From Halocafeteria seosinensis (lineage: Eukaryota), in contig LVLI01000204.1 of assembly GCA_001687465.1 (NCBI GenBank), forward strand, positions 1 through 64,000: a stretch of DNA of 64,000 bases, written 5' to 3'. Under the pieces are notes generated by a model, which saw only the letters and a program-made list of their open reading frames with translations, searched no databases and had not been told where the DNA came from. This document shows positions 1 to 10,523 of this stretch, one piece after another (the stretch's first letter is position 1; every line of letters begins with the position of its first letter). A program made the position numbers and the translations under genes.

Positions 1-1282
1 GTCAACACACGTAATCGCGCACCGCAGCGTCTTTTCCAGCTGTTTTCTTTCGGTTGTATCTTTGACCTTCAGTAACTCCTTCTTGCAGTTTCGAATAAAG
101 TGCCAAGAGCAACCTCTGCGAGAAGGGTCAGTATCATATTCAAGCCTGCATCTGTCACTAATGAATCGAATCACGCTTACCGGTGAAACGTTCGTGGCCA
201 CAACGTCCTGGAGGCTTTCCTGAATCCTGAAGCGTCATCAGTTACCAATACCCCGGGGGCTACTTTTTCTAAGAGATTATGAACGAATGCTAAGGCTTTC
301 ATCGCAGTATTGGACGATTCATTAAAACCGAGACCAAGAGCGATCACTGCAACTTCTCCGTCTCGGGCAAATGTGTCGAATACGTACAAGCGTGCATCGC
401 GTCCATTTACCGTTACCTGGTGTGTTGCATCCATATGCAAAGGGTCTTCAAACTCAGTGCATGCCCGCATCATTTTCGGAGACGCCCAAATGAGAAGATC
501 GCTGTCTTCTTTGAATTCGCAGTGGTTTTCTTGCAGCTGTCGAATCACTTCCTGCATTTCAGATTCCTGCTCCATGGGAACTTCCGCAGCCCGGTTTATC
601 GCGCGTTCGAGGTTCGCACTGATCTCCCTTGCACCTGTTGCTGCGTTCGCTGCCATTGCAGTCGAAATTCCGGGGTATTTCAACTTGGTCCGTATAATCT
701 CTGGGACGGCAGTATCCCGACCTAGGAGTGCTGCCATTTCCTCACCGAAATTGTGGACGTGCGTATTCTTAAGTGTCACTTGGATCTCGTCGATAATGCC
801 CTCATGTGTGCTGCAATGTATATGGATCACAAGCGGGCAGCGTACGGAGGTTTTTGCCTTGTTGCAGGCTAGTCTGCGCCAGATTTGTAGAGTGTACGAG
901 GTGCTACACGTACTGTAGTGTGCAACTCACGATTTCATACTTACGTTAGACGGTACTTTTTGGACCCATCAAAGGTACTTTTGATGTTCACTCTGTGTCC
1001 ATAAAGCTTGAATATCGCCACTATCTCCAAGTTGTGCTCCGGGATGGTTGTCACTCTTTTCCCTAGCAATAGGTCATTGAGGTACTGGTAGGCTCGTGGA
1101 CATTTGTATGGATCACCTGTACAAGAGAATATGGTTCACTTAAAAGCCATCTAAAAGAATACCAACAGTAATTAACCTATCTTCTTACCTAGGGGCTCAG
1201 CAAGAGCCCATTTCTTTAGCCGCAGCAGGGCGCTCTCTGGCAAGGAAAGCTTACTGGTAGCCCTGGGATTTTCAGGAGGCAT
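1..1282 (-). CDS. MULE transposase, spliced, 3'-truncated by the window edge
   Basis: Manual splicing from ATG 1282 across GT-AG introns (1117-1188, ~874-944, 116-180) gives a C..C..HxH zinc-finger-like N-terminus (ACNKAKTSVRCP...HVH). The DDE motifs LHMDATH and LVTDDA and the CxxH motif GCSWHF follow. Confidence 0.85.
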
Positions 1283-1544
1283 TGATGCACACTTGGGGTA
1301 GATACAATCGTAATGAATCAATAAGCATGGCCAAGAACTACAGACCTAAGCAACTGCTCCACGCGAGCTTCCGTTAGTTCAGCCTCAACACTCATATCAC
1401 TCTATTGGAACAGAGAGCGGGATATTCCAGTACCCAGTATGCACAAACTACTACGTAAACAGTATCAAACAATGTAGAACCTTTGTCTTTGTGTTAAAGT
1501 GGTAATTGGCAGAGATTTGGAAATATGCAACAATCCTCAAAATT

Positions 1545-1630
1545 CTACCCCTAGGGGTAGCTTTGGAGTTACCCCTAGGGGTAGTTTGAAGTTACCCCTA
1601 GGGGTAGATTGAAGTTACCCCTAGGGGTAA
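1545..1630. repeat. Four tandem copies of the palindrome TACCCCTAGGGGTA (MULE subterminal/TIR array)
   Basis: Copies at 1546, 1570, 1593 and 1616 with a 23-24 bp period and conserved spacers ending TGRAGT. Confidence 0.95.
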
Positions 1631-2226
1631 ATGTCTGAAATCCCCGGATTGGCAGCCTTTCCACCTGAACATCACTACAACGATGTGACTGACCGACAAA
1701 ATACCGGTTACTCATGGGTTTGCCGCTTACCTGAATGCATATACTTATCCATCTCGAAGTCAAGTTGTTCACTAGAAGGCTGAGGTCCACTGAAGAGTCC
1801 TTTGCCTTGCTTCGCACTCTGTCCTCGTCCTCCTTGAGCACGTTTGGCACCTCCACGGGCAGCCTTCGCACTTCCACGTCCTCTGCCAGCACCAACACTC
1901 TTCATATTCTTTACACCTACGCGAGAGGTTTGATTTCCACCTCGACCCCGACCACCACCTGCTGCACCACCACCTCTACGATTTCTACCGCCTCGTCTTC
2001 CCTGGTTATTACCAGCCTTAACCCCCGATGCAGATACACCCTTCCCAAATCGTTTCTCTGCGATTTTAGAGCCTCTGCGGATGTTAATCTGCGCTGTTTG
2101 AGCAGCTGCACGCTGCTGCTTTCCTGGGGCGTTCGGACGTTTAGCTTCCTGCGTTATCTTGGCGAATCGATCACTCAAGCTCCCCGTGGGGGCATTCTGT
2201 CTCACAACAGTCACACTACGGCTCAT
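1621..2226 (-). CDS. CHTOP/Friend-of-PRMT1-like RGG protein
   Basis: N-terminal SLSDRF, RG/RGG-rich middle and C-terminal FoP motif SSEQLDFEMDKYM. Predicted intron 1665-1730 (GTAAG...TTCAG) extends the frame to TAG at 1621-1623. The unspliced ORF ends at 1708. Confidence 0.75.
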
Positions 2227-2687
2227 TGTATTTCAAGTTTTCTTTTTCTTCTATCCTTCCGTTCGAAGTGCCGCCAGTGCGTCGAAATCTGCTTGCAAAA
2301 CGTGGGTAGTACTCCTCTTACAAGAAGGAACGAAGAGCTACTGCGATCACGGAAGAACTAAAGCTTTATCAGACGTCTTTTCGAAGAAAGGTACTCAAAA
2401 CAGGCTGAGCAAAGTGTGTGTATATGTATTTGTTTAGACTGAGTTATGCGATAAGCAGAGGATACCGGATCGTAGCAAGAAAGATTGTCCGGTTAGTCAT
2501 CTCGAGGCTCAGGCAGAGTCTATTCAGTCCGGCAGACCCATGACGGCATGTTGTTGTAGTATTTACTACGGAGTATCACTACCAACACTATAGGGTATAT
2601 TAAATAGGTAGAACTTTGAGCAATCATATCCTCTTTTCGTTTTGGGATCTAATTGCGTTGTCGTTCAGGCACGAAGGAAACACAACA

Positions 2688-3913
2688 ATGGGCCGCAAGA
2701 AGCGTGGCGCCGTAAAAAAGGTGTGCTTCTGCTACTATTGCGATAGGGATTTCGAAGATGAAAAAGTTCTCATACAGCACCAGAAAGCAAAACATTTCAA
2801 ATGTGAGTCTCACCTTGGGAAGACCTGTGACTTCGAATAGCTCTACTAAGGTGTTGTTTACCGCAGGTGGGACATGTGGCAAGAAGATGACTACAGTATC
2901 AGCGTTGACAGTTCACATACAATCTGTTCATAAAGAGGTAGTCCGGAAGTAAGGAACAGAAACTTAATGGGCAGTGTTGGCTTGCTTCTCCTTCTCATGT
3001 CCCATCGCTCTTCTATCTATGTTCAGAGTGCCAAACTCAATACCTGGGAGAGATGACCTAGATGTCGAAGTATACGGAATGGAAGGAGTGCCGGAAGAAG
3101 TCATATCAGAAAAAGGTATTCCTCAAGTTGTTTAGGATAACTCTAGTTTTTCCAATCTTCACCCCCACATTGCTTTGCAGCGAACCCTGGAGGCAAGCGT
3201 CTTAAGACAGCCCCCCAGACCCCACATGCGTCTATACAACCTAGACCAGCAATTGCACCAAATTCTGGGGCGTTCGCTGCCCCGCCTGGATCTGCGGCGT
3301 ATGGGGCTTTTGGGGGTGCCGCACCATATCCTCAGTTACCGCAACATCAACCCGGAGCGCCTGGTGGGCCACCTGTAAATGGCACAGCTCCTCCACAGCC
3401 GCCTCCGGGGATGCCACCACCCCCACCGGGAAATTTCCCATCAGCCCAACTGCAGCAGGCAACAGTGCCAGCTCAAACCCAGCCACAACAAGCTAGTATG
3501 AATACAATTAACCCCATATCCTCTCCAGGCCCCATGGGCAACGGTACGGGTAGCGGTCTGTCCGCTGGCAGCGGCGGGTACACATCTCTTTCGGCGTATG
3601 CAAGTGGGATCAGTGGTGTGTCCTCTCATACGACTCCAACAGTAGCAGTCGAAGGTCCTTCCGCTTCTGGTGGGTCTACGAAAAAGAATGTGCTCGTATA
3701 TGATGAGGAGAACCAGTCGCCTGTATGTACTCAGCTTAATGATCTGTGTGTAGTTTGCCAATCGCTGACATGTTCTTCATTGCCTTGCAGGAGGAAAAGC
3801 GTGCTCAACTACCTCGATACAGATACGGCGAGCAAGAACTAACGCAGGAATGGGAGCAATTGAGCCAAAATATTCAAAACAGGTTGGCCCAGTATATAAG
3901 TTCCTCAAGTTAA
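2688..3913 (+). CDS. ZNF207: BUB3-interacting GLEBS zinc finger protein (ZNF207/BuGZ/SUF4 family), multi-exon
   Basis: MGRKKR..CYYCDRDFEDEKVLIQHQKAKHFKC, second finger CGKK...HIQSVH, VPNSIPGR..EVYGMEGVP, proline-rich middle and C-terminal SPEEKRAQLPRY. Confidence 0.92.
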
Positions 3914-4217
3914 ATGCGTGAAGGGAACTGGCGGGACTCATCAACTGCACTCGCTACTAATGAGTGGTTCTCCTCATTATTTTTGTCGATGTAATGTACA
4001 TCCACTTCTTTGTGAAGTACTCTCAGTTAGTTTGGTACCAGCTGCATCAGAATCGTCACCAATTACTCACCATAGCATAGCTGCTCTTGTTGAAGTTCGT
4101 CGAACCATACGAGGAATCGGGTCGAGCTTGTATGTCCTACAGCACCTGGATTGCTGACCATATGCTCATTGTCCTGAAATCCGCTCAATTGGAGACGTAT
4201 TTCGAACCCTATTAACA

Positions 4218-6701
4218 ATGAGAAACACACGGGACGACGAGAAGACATCTTCTCCTCGCAACACTGGCAGTTTGGTGTCGGTGTTGGAGGCAATGAAGCA
4301 GGCTTTGTGGGCTAACAAAGACCCCAGGAAGGTATGTTTCACGGTTGGTCGCTTGCTTGTTGCTCGGGATTATACCATATATATACTCTTACAATGCTCA
4401 GATAGGGGCATACAAGTCCTTGTCCGCGGAAGAGAAGAAGGAATTGAAAGAGGAACTGAGGCGCACCACCCTGTACAGGATCTCCTCGTGCACCTCCTCT
4501 TCCGTCTCTGTAAATGACAGTGCTGCAGAACCCATACGTGAAGAAAACGACAACCAATGGAAGTCAAATCGAGACTCCCAATCGAGTGATGAAGGAGATA
4601 CACCCGTGCAATTTCCTGGGGTAATGATGGTGGGGGAATCCAACAATCAAGAAGAAAGTGACGAACCACCTAGCCTGTTTTCGGTTCCCCCAGATTTTCT
4701 AGATTCCCAGCCAATCCCGTATGCTCCAAATGGATCCTCGGGAATGACGAGCAACTATACCAACTCTCATGCTCCATCGGATCATGTAGTTGGTCAGGAA
4801 CCCATGCCGATTGAATTTGATGTTTCAAATGGCGCCGGGAACGGAGAGAATTCAGCGCCATTATCGCCGTCGGCGCCGGCTGGTTTAGGATTGTCGCTGT
4901 CATCTACTAAGCATTCTCGCAATGGAATGGAAAGTACCACTAAGCGATCGCTCTTTGAAAGCCATATGACGTCAATACTTCACCGGACGGCGGCACATCA
5001 CCGTCGAGGTTTTCGAGACAATTTCGGTTCTTCTGTGGTCACAAGGAACTTACCGACTAAACCGTCCGAAGGAGAGAGACACCGAAAGCCTTTAAAAGAT
5101 AAGCGGAAGCAAGACACACAGTCGAATGCAACCGAAAATGAGCGTTCCGTAGAAAAGAACCCAAAAAAGGGCAAGTCCCATTTATTCCATTCTCCGAATG
5201 TGCCGGTTAAGCTGTCGGAACAACATGCTGAATTGGCTACTCTAGGTGCGGACGAAGGGGAAGACAATAGCGACAGCGGCGATGAGCGAGATTTTCTAAA
5301 AGTGATAACAAACAAGCCGGGCAATCGGACTACCAGAAAAGGTGAACCTCGCAGGAAACGTGCTCGAAAGTACTATTTGAATGACGAGGTATTGGAGCCC
5401 TCCTATTTTACGCATTTGGAAGAGCAAGATGGTATAAATCCGGACATAAAAAACCTTGCTCGTGGTACCTTCTTCCTACCAGAAATAAGATCTATGATGC
5501 ATGGATTTGCGGATACATGTCACCCATCATATGAGTGTGCCAGGCTATTGCACGATGAAAGTGAGTATTTCTGTGTTTCTCCGCAACCCCTCTCTTGTAC
5601 CACAACATGCCCTTTTTGTGCCTATTTTGCAGTTACACGCTGGCTACACGATATGGTCATAGCGCTCCGAGATGTCCTGGGGAAGACCACAATCCAAATG
5701 AGGGATTTCTTGAAGATAATGCCGGATCAAGTAGGTATCTTGTTGAGTTTAGTATTGCGGCTTCTGGAAAGCATATGCAAACTGATGGTCTTTTATTTAA
5801 TCCTTTCCAGGTTAGGCTATACTTCCGCTGGAAGCAAATGCGTGAAATGTCCAAGCCCGAATCTCAGGTAGATTCGCTGAAGAAAGATGCAACTGGCGCG
5901 AGTGGTGTTCCGAAAGGTATCAATGGGGTCGACAACGAGAGAGATGCAGGAGACGAAGTGGAAGAAGATACGGATGATGATGATGATGAAGACTTGGCTC
6001 TCGTTAAGGCAGAAGCAAGTGAAATTTCCATTAGCGACGGAAGCGAAGTAGGAAATGATGCCACGGCCATCGAACACTTCAAGTCGCGTATAGCCTTCGC
6101 TAATCGCCGAACCAAGATGATGACCTCCCAGCAGTATTTGGGATATTCTCGTGCCAGGGAGGCTCACTTTTTGGCTTACAAAGAGCTTGCTGACAAATTC
6201 AAATCCTGGTAAGTGGCTCTCTGCAATATCTTGTATGGTTTCTATGATGTTTGGAATCCCTTTTCCGTCAACAGTATACCGGGAAGTCCCATGCCAAAGA
6301 ATACCATCCGGATCCTTGGATACCTTTGCTATGACCGGATCGGTACTATCACGGAATGTGCAAACAAAATTGTCCACGCTGGTGCACTTACGGAGCCAGA
6401 AGAGAGCCTACCAGTAAACTCATATTATGCGGCCATTAATGCTCTCCCAGAAATGCCTACAGAGCTGGCAAGAAAGATCGAATATATGCGAAACCAGCAG
6501 CAGCTGATATCCAAGAAGGCGATACAAGATGCCGAAAAGCCTGAGCGTGTCGCAGCGCACAATGAGCTGCTGCAAGAAGCAGGAAAAGAATTCCAACAAA
6601 AGCGAAGACTCTTTTCGGGGTCCGGTCGATTGCAGGATGATTCAAGGATTGCATCCACGTTTAAGAAACTATCAAAGAACGTAAACGACGGTACAGCGTA
6701 A
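4218..6701 (+). CDS. SPT3: SAGA subunit Spt3-like (SPT3/TAF13 histone-fold) protein with long low-complexity N-terminus, multi-exon
   Basis: PEIRSMMHGFAD, RIAFANRRTKMMTSQQYLGYSRAREAHF and RILGYLCYDRIGTI match Spt3 motifs. Start inferred from an in-frame intron at 4332-4401. Confidence 0.75.
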
Positions 6702-6988
6702 GTGATACATTGACGTAAGCTACGCATGAACGAACTTATGAATGATCGTTGTCATTGCAGTACCAAACGAAGTGGCGATCGTTTATCAGGGATCAAAAAT
6801 TCCCCCTCAGGGGCACACATCTCTCCGGCAGCCACAAAGAGGAAGCGACCAACATAGTCTGTCGCACAGTATGGGAGAGCTTAGATGCGACTAGATACAT
6901 TATTTACCCTTCTTCGTTCGTTGGGTCTCGTAGGAATTTTGCATGTGGAGCCGACGCGTAACAAAAATATTTTTTGCTAGCCTTGCAA

Positions 6989-8523
6989 TCAAACCATAGC
7001 TGATTCAGTGCGCGGTGACGCACCAGCAGCCTCTGTAGTAGATGCTGTGGGTGCGCGACCTTGGTCTTCCTGGCGGCACTGCTCGCTATTACCGGTTACA
7101 GGTACTCTGCACATTGGGCACGAGTTGTGCTGTTGTAGCCATTCGTCTATAGGCTGCTTGGAGAAGTGATGCTCGCAGGGTAAAATTCGCACTTCCTCCC
7201 CTTCTTCGTACTTTTCCTGGGCCATGTAGCAACAATGAAGGGATGTTCAATCTGAAAATAGCCGACGATGTTCTTACTTGCGTAATGGGACACGTATTGT
7301 CCTCCTCATTTGGGCCAAACATACTCTTTTGGAAACGCACGCATCGAATTTGATCGAGCTGCTCTTGATCGACTCCCTGACCAGGAGGCGCCGGCTGCGC
7401 AAGCATTTCCAAGACTTTTCAATAATACGAGCTGTAACAGCGATGCGGCTCTACGTACGACGAACAGCCTCTGCACTCGCATGTATAAAGGAAAGCAACA
7501 GTACGCCAAGGGAATTATCAATAGTAAAAGAATAAACGGTAACAAAAATATTATGTAGTGGATCACTACAAGTGCTAGGGATAGCTGGTAGATATCGCTG
7601 TCGCACTCCGATTTATCTGCAATGAACACAGGTTCTCGAAGCCATCTCGAGGTGTGACGACCGGAGATTCTCACTTAATGAGGCATACCTGTGCCAAATA
7701 ACCAAATGTTACCGACAATAAACCAAACCAGTGAAAACGTCCCCAAAGGACGGTAGAGGGCCAGACTGGTTCGTGCCATGCATCCCAACTCTTGAGGGCT
7801 TTCATTCCTATTGAAATATACAACCCAGGTTACCCATATCACTGTAACATCTTCAAGCACTGAGTCATATATACTAGTGCTTCATTTCCTTTGTTTGAAC
7901 GCACCTAGCGCCATCCGAACGGCGACAACAATGCAAAATATCGGCAAGTGCTTCTGTTGGCAGTTGAAAGGAGCATCTGCCTTGGCAAACACAGCAATGA
8001 CGGCAATTACGCATGGCAATAACAGGAAAGTATTGCCGTAAGCCTGAGAATGTCAAAGAATTCCAATAACTGCGAATGCGTCGATACGCAGCTTTGTACT
8101 GCATGTAGCCCATACCGCTAGTTTGGGATTCGGTATCGATGTCGTCTGTTGAACTTGATCATTCACGGCTTCATTAACAAATGTCGACCGAACACGAGCC
8201 TGTATGCCTACCAAGTACTTTATGTTATTCCGGTTACACGCGCGTGTATACAGGGGGTGGATACTTACACGCCCATCTGCCCCTCTGTACTGGTGTTGTG
8301 ATGGCTGAATTGTATGGCCCTCGTCGGTCGGGTGATCGTAGGCGTTTGACAGCATCTGCACTATGGTCATATCATAGTCAATGACGTAGCATAGAGCATC
8401 TTCCATAGTATCGACCGTGTTTTCTTATACACGTACAGCTGATGTGCCTTGTTCTTCTTCCTGGAGTCGACGAGCTAATTCTTCATCCCGAGATGTGTCT
8501 TCCGACGTCGCCTGTGCCATCAT
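6989..8523 (-). CDS. Multi-pass transmembrane protein with C-terminal RING-H2-derived domain (putative E3 ligase), multi-exon
   Basis: N-terminal DEELARRLQEEE (ubiquitin-binding-like motif), hydrophobic segments (LVWFIVGNIWLF; IIFLLPFILLLLIIPLAYCCFP) and CPITQ...PCEHHF...IDEWL...CPMCR. Confidence 0.8.
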
Positions 8524-9410
8524 CGCAAGGCGTAGCCATGCGCAGTGAGATCAAACCAAGCGTCCTTCAATATGATTGAACAGTAGCACTCTTCAATCAC
8601 TGCTGCAGGGAGGAGGAGCAGAACGTGTGTCTACGTGGATGGTATGAATAGGGCACTTCAATCGTGCTGGAGAGCATCGGCGTAATACCACTATACTATG
8701 TATGCATACGTTCTTTGTTGCTGAATAAACAAACCCACTCCTCACTTAACAACCACCAGAGTGTTTGACAATGACAAGTATTTGTTGAGTCGTGCTCTAC
8801 ACCGCATGATGATTCAGGGTTGGTTCGTTCAACTTGCGATCGCCAATCACAGCGGACCCCCAAGGGAGGCGAGGGGCGATTGAATCACTATTGATCTATT
8901 CAGATTGCAAGACAAATGAATCTATGTCACACTTTGTAGCAGTTATACACATTTCTTAACATGATGTACGAGCGATGCCAGCTGACCCAGCAACCACCAC
9001 ATGCGAGTACCACTTGTATCTCACAGGGATGAAGCTCAATTCACGTGCATGACAACCGCGAACTGAGCATCATTTCTCTGGAGAGACAGTTAATGGGTCT
9101 GTATCCGTGAAATTACTTCATACAGTATTCGGAACCCCACTCCGAGGACTTTCCCGTGGTTCCTTTGTTAACTTCTTGTACGGAGAAATGGAAAACCACC
9201 TTAACCACCTTACTACCAATTGCTGTAATCCGAGCCTTGAACAGCCTACTTCCAGCTGTGCGATTCCAACCCAGTTGATTCGTTTTCAATTATGTCCGTG
9301 ACAGCAATAAATCGGTAATTCCTTTCATGTCTAGAGCATCGACAGCGACAGCGACAGCAAAGGGCACTCTGTACTGCCTACGACACGACAAGTTCTCTTT
9401 CAAAGTGACT

Positions 9411-10054
9411 TTAATCATCTCCCCTTCCTGCTTTCAAATTGAGTTGACGAATCGCTTGATTGGCCTGGAGAATTTCGCCCATGAGAAACAGGTGTTCTCT
9501 TGCCCCCGCACACTCAAGGCAGGCTGTACTTACCACAGTGATATCAGCTCTAATTCTTGCAGCTCTCTCATCCAGACGATCAGCTTGCCTGGAGAAACAA
9601 AGCCCCATGTATTCTCTCCTAAGGCACTTCTATCTCGAAATACACAGTACATACTGTTTCAGTTGTGCAATTCTATGTGGAATAGCATGCCGCACAGCTT
9701 CGTGTTTGCTGAATACTGGCAGGACACCTAGCCCTATATCCACCACCACAGTGTTTGAATCCGAAATACGAGCTCGTACTGCTGCGCCTTCTCCAATCTC
9801 CGTGACAATGTCGTAACCTCTGTTAGTATTCTCATGAGAATCAGCGACCGTGTCGAGGTGCTGATGCTCTGTCAGTCGCTCCCGCAAGAGTTCGTACTCG
9901 TGAATCGACTGTTCTATTTGGTGTCGCCTTTCCAATACACGCGATAGCGCCGGCTGCAGTAAAAAGGAAAACGATTCACTAGAGCGTGTTGTGCTGTTTA
10001 CACAAGGAGCCTGCCTACCTGCAGCTTGGATTCCACCACATCCTCGGCATTCAT
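9411..10054 (-). CDS. UXT: UXT / alpha-prefoldin-like protein, multi-exon
   Basis: Coiled coil, beta-hairpins (VTEIGEGAAVRARISDSNTVVVDIGLG) and a second coiled coil (ADRLDERAARIRADI), the typical alpha-prefoldin/UXT layout. Confidence 0.7.
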
Positions 10055-10523
10055 TGTGGTTGTATAGTATATGTCCACCTGACGCGCAAGAGAATGGTGG
10101 CAGCTGGTATGTACAAGCCAAAGATGTATTTATGACTGTAAGTCCACCTAGTGAGGTCTGATGTAATACATCCTCGATTCCTGGGCACTGCAGTCTGCAG
10201 CGGTGTGTGGTTGAAGTAGGAGGCCCAGTGGCCACCGTGTCAGTCAGTCCTCCAAGGCGTACTATACACTACTAAATGTGGAGTCCATTGTGGACGTGAT
10301 GTAGTCGGTAGTGTAGGAAGCAAATGAACCAACAAGCGCCAGGAGACTGATATTCGTGTTTGTAGTAATTCTGTATGGAGGAAAAGTGTCCGGACAAGGA
10401 GTTGGCTGCGTTTACTTTGTTCACGCTTGCATCGACGTATGCTTGACATTTTTATTGTTCCAGCACTGTGTAGAGTGTACATATTTTGCATTCACACTCT
10501 GAGTGCGTCGTCGTTCAAAGACC

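Larger units (their letters stand above)
1..1645 (-). mobile_element. Mutator/MULE DNA transposon: end upstream of the transposase gene; runs off the window start
   Basis: Contains a MULE transposase gene and ends in a palindromic subterminal array followed, on the minus strand, by a G-rich terminus GGGGATTTCAGACATTT at ~1645. The other end and the TSD lie outside the window, so the boundary is approximate. Confidence 0.75.

Noticed and set aside
310..918. 202-aa plus-strand ORF, and similar antisense ORFs such as 1735..2361 and 12670..13293
   Set aside because: These are shadow ORFs opposite well-supported genes and have no recognisable motifs.
1545..1630. CRISPR-like repeat array
   Set aside because: Spacers are 9-10 bp and nearly identical, the context is eukaryotic, and the array sits at a MULE end.
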